Below, piece by piece: positions 13,855 to 26,912 of a stretch of 64,000 nt of DNA; within the stretch, counting starts at the first letter, position 1, and each line of letters opens with the position of its first letter. The notes under the pieces were generated by a model. It searched no databases. It was not told the DNA's origin and saw only the letters and a list, made by a program, of their open reading frames with translations. The position numbers were made by a program, and so were the translations under genes. Origin of the DNA: Cetorhinus maximus (taxonomy: Eukaryota). The DNA lies in NCBI RefSeq assembly GCF_964194155.1, contig NC_135896.1, forward strand, positions 8,432,001 to 8,496,000. Direction: 5' to 3'.

Positions 13855-14165
13855 AATGACTTGCATTTGTATCGTGCTTTTCATGACCATCCGACTTCTC
13901 AACTAGTTTACAGCCAATGAAATGATTTTGAAGTGTTGTTGCATTTATTATGACCGTTCAAATCTGCACAACATCGCAAAGCACCATGCAGCTAATCAAT
14001 TATTTTGAAATTATTTTTATTACTGTTTAATAGTTGACAACAGCAGCCAATCTGTGCACTGCAATGTCCCTTAAATAGTAAGAAGATAAATGATCAGTTA
14101 ATCTGTTTTATGGTGATGATAGTTGAGGGATGACATTTGGCCAGTACACTGAGATAACTTCCCTT
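13855..14165 (-). mobile_element. Deu-domain SINE fragment
   Basis: gacttgcatttgtatcgtgcttttcatgacc...tacagccaatgaa. Confidence 0.75.
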
Positions 14166-14544
14166 CCCTTTGTATGGTGCTACTACTGTTATATGACAAG
14201 CAAAGCTCATAATACAATGTTTAGTTTGGCTATCCATGCAATGACCTCTTTAGATGCCTGATGGAGCCATGGGGCGCCTCCCGCAATAGGTTTTAGCAGG
14301 CAGGTTGATGTAATGTGTTCCAAGATCTGGGACTACGGCTGTAATCGCAGTCCAGGTCATCACTCACCTTTCCTTATAGAGCTCCTGGCCGCATTATCCA
14401 TTCCCTATGTGGATGTGGTTGACTGGGTTGAAGCCAGTGAACTCTGGGTCAGAGATGAGGTGTTAGTTTTTTTGTGCTGCATTTGTCCCACAATTCTATC
14501 CATCTGGATAATGGGTTGGTATCAGTGGGTTCAAAACTGAAGAA

Positions 14545-14700
14545 TATTAGCTGCTGTTTGTGGAAGCTTGCTGTGCACAAATTGGCTGCTGCCTTTACTA
14601 TTAAACAATGGTGACTATACTTCAAAAGCATTTCATTGCTGTAAAGCACTTGGAGAAGTCGATGGTCATGAAAAGTGCTAAATAAATGTAAGTCTTTCTT
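14545..14700 (+). mobile_element. Deu-domain SINE 3' part
   Basis: gctgtttgtggaagcttgctgtgcacaaattggctgc...taaatgtaagtctttc. Confidence 0.75.
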
Positions 14701-17154
14701 TCTTTACCTTGAAGGATCTAGATCTCTCTCTGCTTTCTGCTGTATTACAGAGCCACTCTGATTAGGGCACAACTCGTCTTACTGTTTTCCTTTGCCCCAG
14801 AATATGATGCTGCAAATGTAGCTAGTACTTCTTTTTGGTGGCTGTTGTATAACTCCAGTATCAGCACTTGCTGTTCAGTCTGAAATGAGCTGCAACAAAG
14901 ATCCCTATAAAAGTTACTGACTTGATTTCTGGTGATCGTACAAGCTTTGGAAAAACAATAACCATTCACTTATTGTCTTTCACATACCATTGGAAAGGTA
15001 AGTTTATTCAGCTGGAACACCTCACTTCAAACTTATCAAGAATATTTAACAATTTGAAATTATGCAGAGGTGCGAAGAAAAAAGTGAGATTGGATTATCT
15101 CTCTGATGCAAATTGCATCTGGAATTCTGCCTATTTTGCAGAAATATTTAGGTTGTGCTTGAACACTGCAATCAAACTGTCCTTTTTTTGTAAAAAAAAT
15201 TTGCAGTTCAGAACTGAATATTAAATATGACCAAATTGCCCTTCTTCAGTGGCTGAAAGACTACTTTTACAATGTGCAGCCTTCATTAAGTTTTGAGGAG
15301 TAGCACAAGGCACAATAGAATAAGTGATACATTTTCCCGGAACCTAGGAGACTTGTTTTATTAAAATTTACTGGATATCTGTGGCACTTGATGGAAAGTC
15401 TCTTGCTGCCTACCTCTAATAAAACCTCTGTAATGAGTTTCTGTGCAACTATACAGTGATCCCAGTGCCTACTTATATGTAAAGTAAAAATCATTTTTAA
15501 TTCTTTTATTTGCATTATCTTCAGATAGTGCAATGCTGAAAATAAATTTCCTGTTGCAGCTGTTTTCAAAAACTTGTGCAATCATTGTAATTGGGATAAG
15601 TGCCATTTCATAGCTTGTCTCTGTTGATTTACTGCTGGGGCCTGCAAAATGATCTTAATTTGGATGAAACATTTAAAGGTGATGGTAGGGCTTGAATCAC
15701 CCTTTTCCATGTTTTTAATTTACAAATTAACGATGTAAAGTTTGCACTTGATGGGGAAGACACTCCTTTCGATGTGATTAGCATTTATGATTTGTAGTAG
15801 CAGAATCATTGCAGGGATCAAGCTGCCACATTGCCTCTGGTCATTTATCACTTAATTAAGCCCCTTGGACTCTTTTGCACCACAAAATTAAATTAAGCCT
15901 ACGTGCTGAGCCCTCATACTTTCCATAATAAATGAACCCTGGACCAATTGTAATTTTGTTCAGCTCCATTGCAGAGATGCTGACATTTCAAGCCAGCAGC
16001 CAATATTCTCTTCAATTATTTTTTTAATGGCTCTTCATTATGGCTTTGTTGAATGTTGACAGTTTAGCAGTGTTCATGTTGTTCAACGTGTTTAAATTGT
16101 AGCGTTCATTGTTTTGCTATTGTTTCTATAAAATGCAGAATGATTCTTAATTGGCTGGTCATACCGTGGTTGTGTGTTGTTCACTTATACAGAGACTAAT
16201 GGGTATCTTATAGTGATTACAAGGCAGTGATTTCATTGGGTGGGATCAGATCTTATATACAGTGCCATCAAACAATTGTTTGACACACAAGATTAAATTG
16301 CAGACTCAAAATCATTGACGTGCTCATTATTTTTATCATGTATTTGCATTTGGCAGTGATGCTCTCATTTTGGTATATCTGTCTTTTTGTGTTGTGTCGA
16401 CAATGCTGCAAATGGGAGACACTGGCTCGAGTGTTTTGTGTATTTAATATGTGATAATGCACACACTGGAGAATTAATGACTGTGATATAATCATTGAAG
16501 CTTACCAAGTGTCTGAAAAATTGATTACTGAAAAATAACACAATGGATGTCCTACACTACCAGGTGCAATTTGTTATTTTTGCAATAAAATTGGGAAATG
16601 GTGAGAGATTGCCATACTGATAAATCATCCCTAAATGACACTTAATTTCATAAGTGGGAGGAGCTTGACAAAAAGTGACTAATTGTGCTATTTGAATAAT
16701 TCCAACTAATTTCTAATTGGGTGTCTTGACTTATTGACTGACTGTAAGCTGACTATTTTATCATATACTGCACCTTTCCAGTAAGTGGAGCACCATTATA
16801 TTCCATCACTAGCTTCAGGCGATTGGCATGATGACGAACTGCGTGTTGTCCTCCTTGTTTAGATTTGTATTGGATGCTGGACTTGAGCAGAGCTAGAGAA
16901 TTGTAATATTTAATCACAGACAATCACCTGCAATGGCTTCTCTTCCCACTCCCGCACTGTTAGATCTGGTTTGCCGCAAGGACCTATCCTAGACCTCCTC
17001 CTATTTCTCATCTACACGCTGTTGGTGATGTTATCCAAAAACACAGTGTGTACTTTCTACAGTGGTTCTTGAATAATGACCTCCTCAAGGACTATAGTTG
17101 ACCTTCTTCCTTCCTCCCCAGCCATAGAAATGCATTTCCTGATGAGAAAAGATC

Positions 17155-19345
17155 AACATAAGAACATATGAATTAGGAGCAGGAGTAGACCACTTCGTCC
17201 ATCGAGGCTGCTCTGCCATTCAATAAAATCATGGCTGTTCTGCTTTTAACCTCAACTCCATATTCCTGCCTACCCTGATAACCTTTTACCCCCTTGCTTA
17301 CCAAGAATCTATCCACCAATGCCTTAAAAATATTCAAAGATTCTGCCTCCACTGCCTTTTGGGGAAGAGAATTCCAAAGACTCATGACCCTCTGAGGGAA
17401 AAAATTGCCCCTCGTCTCCACCTTAAATGGGTGATCTCTTATTTTTAATCCGTGACCACTAGTTCTAGATTCTCCCACAAGAAGAAACATCCTTTCCACA
17501 TCTACCCTGTCAAATACCCTCAGGATCTTGTATGTTTCAGTCAAGTCGCCTCTTACTCTTCTAAACTCCAGCGGACACAAGTCTAGCCTTAGACAAACCT
17601 GCTCATTCCAGGCATTAGTCTGGTAAGCCTTCTCTGGACTGCTTCCAACACATTTACATCCTTCCTTAAATAAGCAGACCAATACTGTACACAGTACTCC
17701 AGATGTGGTCCCACCAATGCCCTGTATAACTGAAGCATAACCTCCCTACTTTTGCATTCAATTCCCCTTGCAATAAACGATAATATTCTATTTGCTTTCC
17801 TAATTACTTGCTGTAACCGCATACTAATCTTTTGCAATTCATGTACTAGGACATGCAGATCCCTCTGCACTTCAGAGCTCTGAAATCTCTCCCCATTTGG
17901 ATAATATGCTTTTTTATTCTTCCCGCCAAAATAGACAATCTCACATTTTCCCACATTATACTCCATTAGCCAGATCTTTGCCCACTCATCTAATCTACCA
18001 AAATCCCTTTGTAGCTTCCTTATGTCCTCTTCACAACCAACGTTCTTACATATCCTTGAATCATCAGCAAATTTAGCAACCATACCTTCGGTCCCTTCAT
18101 ACAAATCATTTATATAAATTGTAAAGAGTTAAGGCCCCAGCATTGATCCCTCAGGCACGCCACTCATTGTATCTTGCCAACCAGAAAATGACCTATTTAT
18201 GCCTGTGGTCTGTTTCCTGCTAGCCAGCCAATCTCCTATCCATGCCAATATGTTACCCCCTACACCATGAGCTTTTATTTTCTGCAATAACCTTTGATAT
18301 GGTACCTTATCAAATACTTTCTGAAAATCTAAGTACAGTACATCCACTGGTTTCCCTTTATCTACAGCATATGTTACTTCTTCAAAGATTGGTTAAGCAT
18401 GATTCCCCTTTTCACAAAACCATGTTGATTCTGCCCGATTACCTTGAATTTATCTAAGTGCCCTGTTATAATGTCTTTAATAAAAGCTTCTAAAATTTTC
18501 CCTGTGACAAATGTTAAGCTAACTGGCCTATAGTTTCCTGCTTTCTGTCTTCCCCTCTTGAATAAAGGAGTTACATTAGCTATTTTCTAATCTAATGGAA
18601 TCTTCCCTGAATCCAGTGAATTTTGGAAAATTAAAATCAATGCATCAACTATCTCACTAGCCACTTCTTTTAAGACCGTAGGATGAAGAGTCATATGAAC
18701 TTGAAACATTAACTCTATTTCTCTCTCCACAGATGCTGTCAGACCTGCTGAGTTTTTCCAGCATTTTTTATTTTTATTTCCCATTGTTCCTTCTTTGATA
18801 CCCCATCCTACCATGTGATTACTGATAGGTGGCCTGTACACCACTCCCACAAATGACTTCTTGCCTTTATCATTCCTTATTTCTACCCAAACTGCTTCTA
18901 TATCCTGCTTTCCTGAACTTAGATCATCCCTCTCTGTTGTGCTAATATTATCTTTAATTGACAGATCCACCCCTCCACCTCATCCTAGCTTCCTGTCCTT
19001 CCTAAATGTCTCTCACCCTTCAATATTCAGGTCTCAATCTGTCATCCTGCAGCCATGTGTCTGTAATGGCTATTAGATCGTACTTGTTTATCTCAATTTG
19101 CACTATCAGTTCATCTGTTTTGTTTAGAATAGTGCGTTCATTCAGATACAGAGCCTTGAGTTTTGTCCTTTTATATTTTTGTAACCTCTAGCCTTATCTG
19201 CTGATTTGTTCTTAGATTTGTACTCTTGTCCCTTCCTGTCGTGGTCTGTTTCTCATTTCCCACATTAATACCTTGCTCGCTTGCCTTGTCTCTACCCTTT
19301 GATTTAACACATCATCCCAAAGTTGACTCCTTGCCTCCACTGTTC
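17155..19345 (-). mobile_element. CR1 LINE ORF2 (APE + RT), frameshifted, with an internal deletion
   Basis: ORFs with YLDFQKVFDKVP, GVPEGSMLGP, KFADD, RPHLEYCVQ-like motif, and APE motif VGVVYRPP. Confidence 0.93.
18681..18780 (+). mobile_element. Penelope-type terminal-repeat fragment with a degenerate hammerhead core
   Basis: gatgaagagtcatatgaacttgaaacattaactc...gacctgctgagtttttccagca, homologous to the arms at 39649-39893. Confidence 0.75.
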
Positions 19346-19591
19346 AGTTTAAAGCCCTCTCTCCTTCCCAAGTCCAAGGTCCATCAAGTTGGCCTTTCAG
19401 CATCCTGATACAATGATGATGGAGTTGTTGACTAGAATCTATCCTTGGCCCCCTTCTGTTTCACATTTACGTGCTTCTGCTCGGCAGCATCATCCGAAAA
19501 CATGTCAATTTCCACATGTACACTGACAACACCCATCTTTACCTCACCACCATCTCTCATCCTTTCCACTCTCATTTAAATTTTCAGTCTT

Positions 19592-22553
19592 GTTTTTATT
19601 TATTCATTCATGGGATTCAGGCTTTGGGGAGTCAGGAGGTGAGTTACTTGCCGCAGAATTCCCAGCCTCTGATCCGCTCTTGTAACCACGGTATTTATAT
19701 GGCTAGTCCAGTTCAGTTTCTGATCGGTGGTAAACCCCCTGGATGTTGATAGTGGGGAATTCAGTGATGGTAATGTTGTTGAATGTCAAGGTGAGATTGT
19801 TAGATTCTCTCTTGTTGGAGATGGTCATTGCCTGGCACTTATGTGGCACAAAAGTTTCTTGTCATTTGTCATCCCAAGATTGAATATTGTTCAGGACTTG
19901 CAGCATATGGGCACTGACTGCTTCAGTATCTGAGGAGTGGCAAATGGTCTGGAACATTGTGCAGTTATCAGCGGACATTCCTACTTCTAACCTTATGATA
20001 GAAGGAAGGACATTGATGAAGCAGCCGAAGATGGTTGGGCCTGGGACACTACCCTGAGGAACTCTTGCAGTGATGTCCTGGAACTGAGATCAGACTCAGT
20101 TCCAGAGATCAGAAAAACTCAGATCTGCTGAGTTTGAACTTCAACAAGCACAACCATCTTGCTTTGTACTAGGTATGACTCCAACCAGTGAAGAGCTTTC
20201 CCCCGATTCCCATTGACTTCAGTTTTGCTAGGGCTCTTTGAAGCCACACTCGGTCAAATGCGGTCTTGATGTCAAGGGCAGTCACTCTCACCTCACCTCT
20301 GGAGTTAAGCTCTTTTTCCATGTCTGAACCAAGGCTTTAATGAGGGCAGGAGCTTGGGGCTCTGGTGGAACCCAAAGTGAGCATTAGTGTGAAGATCATT
20401 ACTGAGTAAGTGCCGCTTGATAGCATTGTTGACGACCCCTTCCAACACTACCGATGATCGTGAGTAGACTGATGGGGTGGTAATTGGCTGGGTTAGATTT
20501 GCCCTACTTTTTGTGTACTGGACATACCTGGACAATTTTCCACACTGCTGAATAGATGCCAGTGTTGTATTTGTACTGGAACAGCTTGGGTAGGGGTGGA
20601 GCTAGCTACGGAGCACAAGTACTATTGCCGGAAGGTTGTCAGGGCCCATAATCTTTGCAGTATTGAGTGCCTCCAGCTGTTTCTTGATATTACATGGAAT
20701 GAATTGAATTGGCTGAAGATTGGCATTTGTGATGCTGGGGACCTCAGGAGGAGACAGAGATGGATCATCGACTTGGCACTCCTGGCTGAAGAGAGTTGTA
20801 AATGCTTAACCTTGTCTTTTGCACTGATGCATTGGGCTCCCTCATCATTGTGGATGGGGATATTTGTGTAGCCTACTCCTCCTCCTCCAGTTAGTTGTTT
20901 AATTGGCCATTACCATTCATGACTGGCAGTGGCAGGACTTTCGAGTTTAGATCTGATCTGTTGTTTGTGGGATCGCTTAGACCTGTCTGTTGCATGCTGC
21001 TTTCATTGTTTGGCATGTAAGTAGTTCTGTGTTGTAGCTTCACCAGGTTGACACCTAATCTTTAGGTATGCCTGGTGTTGCTCCTGATATGTCCTCTTGC
21101 ACTCTTCATTGAACCAAAGTTGAACCCCTGGCTTGATTGTAATGGTAGCATAGGGAATATGCCATGCCATGAGTTTACAGATTGAGGTTGAGTACAATTC
21201 TGTTGCTGCTGATGGCCCACAGTGTCTCATGGATGCCCGTTTTGAGTTGCTAGATCTGTTCGAAATCTATCCCATCTAGCACAGTGGTAGTGCCACACAA
21301 CATGGTGGAGGGTATCCTCAATGTGAAGGCAAGATTTTGCCTCCACAAGGACTGTGCGGTGGTCATTCCTACCAATAATGTCATGGATAGATGCACCTGT
21401 GACAGGTAGATTTGTGAGGACGAGGTCATTAAGTTTTTCCCTCTCGTTGTTTCCCTCAGCACCTGCCACAGAGCCAGTTTAGCAGCTATGTCCTTTTGGA
21501 CTCGGCCAGTTCGGCCTGTAGTGGTGCTACCGCGCCACTCTTGGTGATGGACATTGAAGTCTCCCACTGAGTACATTCTGTGCCTTAGCCCCCCTCAGTG
21601 CTTCTTACAATTGGTGTTCAACATGGAGGAGTACTGATTCATCAGCTGAGGGGGAGTGGTAGGTGGTAATCAACAGGAAATTTCTTTGTCTGTATTTGAC
21701 CTGATTCCATGAGACTTCATGGGGTCCGGAGTCAAAGTTGAGGACTCTCAGGGCAACTTTCTCCCCACTGTATACCACGTTGCCACCACCTCTGATGGGG
21801 CTGTCCTGCCAGTTGAACAGGACGTAACCTAGATTGGTGATGGTGGTATCTGGAATATTGTCTGTAAGGTATGACTCGGTGAGTGTAACTATGTTAGGCT
21901 GTTACTTGACTAGTCTGTGAGACAGCTCTCCCAATTTTGGCACAAACCCCTAGATGTTCGTAAGGAAGACTTTGCAGCATTGACAGGGCTGTGCCTGTCG
22001 TCGTTTCTGGTGCCTAGATTGATGCAGGGTGGTCCATCCTGTTTCATTCCTTTTAGACTTCACAACGGTTTGATAGGACTGAATGGCTTGCTAAGCCATT
22101 TCACTGGGCTTTTAAGAATGAACCACATTGCTGTGGGTCTGGAGTCATACGTAGGCCAGACTAGGTAAGGATAGCAGATTTCCTTCCCTAAGGACATTAG
22201 TGAATCAGATGGGTTTTTATGACAATTGACAGTGGTTTCATGGCCACCATTATAGAGGCTTGCTTTTAATTCCAGATTTATTAATTGAATTTAAATTTCA
22301 CCAGCTTCCATGATGGGATTTGAACCCTTAGAACCATAGAACCATAGAACACTACAGCACAGAAAACAGGTCATTCGGCCCTTCTAGTCTGTGCCGAAAT
22401 ATTATTCCGCTAGTCCCATTGACCTGCACCTAGTCCATAACCCTCCAGACCTCTCCCATCCATGTATCTATCTAATTTATTCTTAAAACTTAACCCTTGT
22501 CCCCAGAGCATTAGCCTGAGCCTTTGCATATTACCACAACGTCACTGCCTTCC
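19592..22553 (-). mobile_element. Family B LINE, near full length with tRNA-like head
   Basis: APE motifs (GDFNVHHQEW, DLVLTN, DHRTVLV) and RT fragments. The head at 22100-22553 is homologous to 52318-52620, and the tail is at 19592. Confidence 0.88.
22330..22491 (-). mobile_element. CR1 3' tail inserted in the family B head
   Basis: (tagaacca)n tail and a 7-bp TSD aaccctt at 22323-22329 / 22492-22498. Confidence 0.8.
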
Positions 22554-22749
22554 ATAGTGACTGCTTGTCCAACACCTAGTATTGGATGAGCAGAAATCTC
22601 CTCCAATTAAATATTGGAAAAACGAAAGCCAGTATCTTGGTTCCCACTATGAACTCCGTTCCCCAGCCACTGATTCCATCCCTCTCCTTGGTAACTGTCT
22701 GAGCCTGAGCCAGACTGTTTCCAACTTTGCTGGCATTTGTGCTCCACAT

Positions 22750-23045
22750 ATATAAGAACTTAAGAAATAGGAGCAGGAGTAGGTCATTCAGGATCTCGAG
22801 CCTATTCCGCCATTCATTAAGTCATGGCTGATCTGATCATGGCGTCAACTCTACTTTCCTGTCTGCCTCCCCCCAATAAGCCTTGACTCTCTTGTAGATC
22901 AAAAATGTGTCCAACTCAGCCTTGAATACATTCAGTGGTCCACTGCTCTTGGAGACAGAGGAGTCCAAAGATTAATAACCCTCCAAGAGAAAAAATTTCT
23001 GCTCATTCTCATCTGAAATGGGAGACCTCTTAATGTGAAACTGCC
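22750..23045 (-). mobile_element. CR1 3' tail fragment
   Basis: taagaaataggagcaggagtagg tail. Confidence 0.75.
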
Positions 23046-23649
23046 CCAAGCTCCTTTCTCACATGCTTACCTAGCTGCCTCTCAAAGCAGAAAGGAGTAG
23101 AAAGTTATGCAGGCACAGTTAGAGAAAGTGGGTTGGCAAGAGCCAATATTGATGACTAGGACAGCAATGCAGTGCCCACAACTGAGGGCAGAGCCCCCTC
23201 CAGGTATGGATGCTAAAGCCTAAGGACTGTTGTTGAAAAGAATTATTGAGCAGTAGCAATATGCGAGGTACTTCCAAGCATACTGACCGCTATTGCGAAG
23301 AGAATGGAGGAGTTCAGCCAAGGTTGAATGCGATGATGTGGGCAACTCTGTGGCATATCAGATGTGACAATCAAACAAGACCCTTGACCACGATTGTGCT
23401 CATACTAGATGCTGCCTTAAATAGGATGACAGATTCCCTAGTTATGGCCTTGCAGAGTCATATTGATCTGCAGCAAGCTACTTTCCAGCACAGTAGTAGC
23501 AGTGAAGTGTGGCTGACCCATGGGAGGGATAATGATGAAAGATAACCCAGAAGTGGGAACTCCACTCAGTGGGTCCACTTTTCACCTGTTGCCCCACCGC
23601 CCAAAGTCAGTATCCGACATGCTGACGTATCCTGATGGCTGATTAGATG

Positions 23650-24520
23650 CAGATAGAGCAACAACAGCTTGTATTTGTGCATTTAACATAATAAAATGTC
23701 TCGAAGTGCTTCACAGGGACAGTAGAAAGTTTAAGGCACAGAAAGAGGCCACTTGGCCCATCGTGTCTGCACTGGCCAAAGATTGAACCGGCCAGCCTAA
23801 TCCCATTTTTCAGCATTTGGCCCAGAGCCCTGTAGGACAAAATTTGACACCGAGCCACATAAGGCGGTCTGAGCTTAGTCGGAGAGGCAAGTTTAAACAG
23901 TGTCTTAAAGGAGTGATGGTTTAGAGAGGGAATTCCAAAGCTTAGGGGCATGGCAGCTGAAGGCACAACTGCCAATGATGGACGGATTAAAATCAGGGAT
24001 GCTGAAGAGGCAAGAATTAGCAGAGCACAGATATCTTGGAGGGTTTTCTATTTATTATTTCAGATTTCCAGCATCTGCAGTATTTTGCTTTTATCTCAGA
24101 AGGTTTTAGGGCTGAGGTGGGATTTGGAAAGTAGGATGAAAATTGAAACCAACAGAGCTCAGTGAGCCCAGAGAAATGGGTGAACAGGACTTGGTGTGAT
24201 TTAGGGTATGGTTAGCAGAGTTTTGAACGATTTCAAGTTTACGAAGGGTAGAATATGGGAGGCCAGTCAAGAGTGCATTGGAATAGTCAAGTCCAAAGGT
24301 AACACGGCCATGGTTGAGGTTTTCAGCAGCAGATAAACTGAAGCGTGGATGGAGCTGGATGATGTTACAAAGGTCTTAGTGGTGGTACAGATTAGTGATT
24401 GACATATCATCTTGGGGCCAAACATAATACCAAACCTGTGAACATTCTAGAATTAGCCTCAGACAATTGCCAGGGAGAGGGATGGAATTGGTGGCAAGGA
24501 AACTGAGTTTGTGGCTGGGG
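23650..24520 (-). mobile_element. L2 LINE 3' region with small nested CR1-tail and Penelope-tail inserts
   Basis: Antisense to the L2 at 32960-33690 (agacttgactattccaatgcactc). Confidence 0.75.
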
Positions 24521-24849
24521 CTGAATATTTAGTTTCATTAGCAGTCCTTCGTGGGATCCTCACAAGCTCCAAAACCCTCAAGTCATTGACCAAGAGCATC
24601 TCAGTAGTCAGAACTGGGATCTGAGCTGCCTGCCGCTGCTTCTGCTAAAGCCATAAGCGTTGCACCACATAGGAGTAGTAAGAAAGGACTAAAGCTTTGT
24701 AATTGCCCAAGGGTGGTCACATGGGTGCATGAGAAAATGTTATGTTGTGAAGTTTTTGTTCCTTACTAGAATCACAAACTTGATTATTTTGGTACCACTT
24801 TCCTGTTTTACCCATCCTTGATTGGTCAGCGGCAAGATGCCTTCAAACT

Positions 24850-25370
24850 TGCTTGATGATGAATTGGGAGACATGAATTGATGTGGACCGATGGAGGGAT
24901 GTGCAAGAGGTGTTTGGTTGTTTGCAGGGTTTCTTTGCGTTAGTGGCATTGTTGAGGATGGGGAAACAGTGGGGAGAGTGTCTATTGCATGTGGTTCTGA
25001 CATGGGTCGACTGGTGCAGCCAAAGGGCAGCTCATGCTACATTGCCCTAAAAACCTTCCTCTTTATAATCTTCCTCCACCTTGGAATCATCTGCAGATGA
25101 TGTGTGCTCTGTCTCTTGGACCTCTGCAGCTCCAAACCTTGTTGCTGGATAATGTTGTGCAGAATGCAGCACCACACAATTATTCTGACTCCTTGGCTGC
25201 CACCTCCAGATTGGTCCAGGCACCTGAAGTGTATCTGCAGCTTTAAGTAGCAGGAAAATATGGAGCTAGAACTATATAACAGTGAATGTTGATTGGTCAC
25301 CCAGGTCTCTAAGTGAACTTCTTGTGTTTTGGATATGGTGGTATCCAGTTGCCAGAGGGAAATCATTAGC
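24850..25370 (-). pseudogene. Decayed Harbinger (HARBI1-like) transposase C-terminus
   Basis: ORF 25037..25366 contains HFRCLDQSGG...RIIVWCCILHN. Confidence 0.75.
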
Positions 25371-26395
25371 AGCAGAGGGAATTGAGCCTCGTTCTTTTAA
25401 TTCTGTCATAACTAAAGCAGAATTCCTGCACCGCACTGGATCGCCTATATTAAGTTGCCTGAAGTCGGGTCTAAGTTTAGTCTACTTTAAGTTTTAATTA
25501 CCTTTTAACATATGGCTGATGCACCCATGTGCAAACAGTGCCAGATTATTAGTATTTGGGGCAAATAGCTTAAAGCCTCCAAAAATGTTTGGCTCTTGGC
25601 ATTATTTTAATTTGAAAATATGCAGCCCTAATTAATTTACTTTGTTAGGAAATTAATGCCTTGGGTGAATCACTGTTGCAGTCATGTTTTGACCCTTTTT
25701 AATCAGATAAAATTTCTTTTACTCATATCAGGGGGAAAAAACCTAAAGCAGCATCAAAAAGAAGGAACTTTAAAGTCTATGGCTGCAATCATGCGTTTCA
25801 CTTGCTACTTATTCAATATGGTTAACAAACCTAATGCAAAAATATAGCCTACTAGGAGACTAATATTGATGGGGAATTGAAAGCAGACCTTTCATAATTC
25901 CAATTGAGTTTACTTCAGATGGTTGAGTTATGTGAGGAACAGTGCATCCCACTTGATTTCAGTCAGCACCAAAACATTAATGGGTGGAATATGGTGGAAG
26001 TGATGGGGGGGGGTCTCGGCTGGAGAGCTGGCAAGACCCTCCTGTCACCACTTTTTGGGAAGGCCCACTGCCTCTTGTTCCACTCAGGCACTTAACAGGT
26101 CAGCAGCGGACCCTTCCCCTGGAATCAAGAACCCCACTGAGAGCTGCTGGCCAATTGGAGCAGTGGCATTGGGGAGGCGTTGGCTACTGCCGGTACCTCA
26201 TCTACCCAAGGCCTCGGATTGAGGAGGGACCGAGGCACAGGTGAGTAGGGGGGTGTGCGGGGGGGTTGGCAGGGGGTAGTTTTCAGAGTGACTACTCCCC
26301 CTTCCTGATGCTGAGCCCCTCAAGCAGACACTTTGTTTTAAATGAGGGACCCATGAGCAAACATGCCAGGATTTGCTTGTCATGCTCTCCATGTG

Positions 26396-26640
26396 TTTTT
26401 TTTAATTCATTCATGGGATGTGGGCATCAGGGATGGGTCCCCTAAAGGACATTAGTGAACCAGATGGGTTTTTATGTCAATAGGCAATGGTTTTTGTGGT
26501 CATCAGCAGACTTTTAATTCCAGATTTTTATTGAGTTCAAATTTCACCATCTGCCATGGTGGGATTTGAACCCAGGACCCCAGAACAATACTATGGGTCT
26601 CTGAATACTAGTCCAGGGACAATACCTCCAACCACCACCG
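26396..26640 (-). mobile_element. Short SINE made of the family B tRNA-like head plus the family B 3' tail
   Basis: B box (minus strand GGGTTCAAATCCC) and head sequence, joined to the tail gatgcccacatcccatgaatgaattaaaaaa. Confidence 0.8.
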
Positions 26641-26912
26641 AGGCCTTGGGTAGATGAGGCACTGGCAGCAGCCAATGCCTCCCCAATGCCACCACCTCCA
26701 ACCCTTTGCCTGCCACTGGGTTAATACCAACAGTGGTGTGATGAGGCCTTTAAGTGGGCATTGGGAAGGCAGGAAGGTGGGTCACCCTCCTGCCCAGTTA
26801 AATGCCCTGGCCATCAAACCTGCCATGGGGAGGGCACAAGATTCTGCTCCATGTTCATGGCCGTTGATATTTCAAATTCATTCATGGGATGCGAGTGAAG
26901 CTGGCAAGGTCA

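Larger units (their letters stand above)
19435..22750 (+). mobile_element. L2 LINE RT fragment (19435-19585 and 22558-22750) split by a family B insertion
   Basis: [22 protein letters not shown], continuing after the insertion as gactgcttgtcc...ttggatgagcagaaat. Confidence 0.7.

Noticed and set aside
16828-16900. ATGATGA box C motif (possible snoRNA)
   Set aside because: No properly placed CTGA box D or terminal stem.
18587-18970. 127-aa ORF
   Set aside because: Accidental fusion of CR1 APE, a Penelope fragment and CR1 pre-RT sequence.
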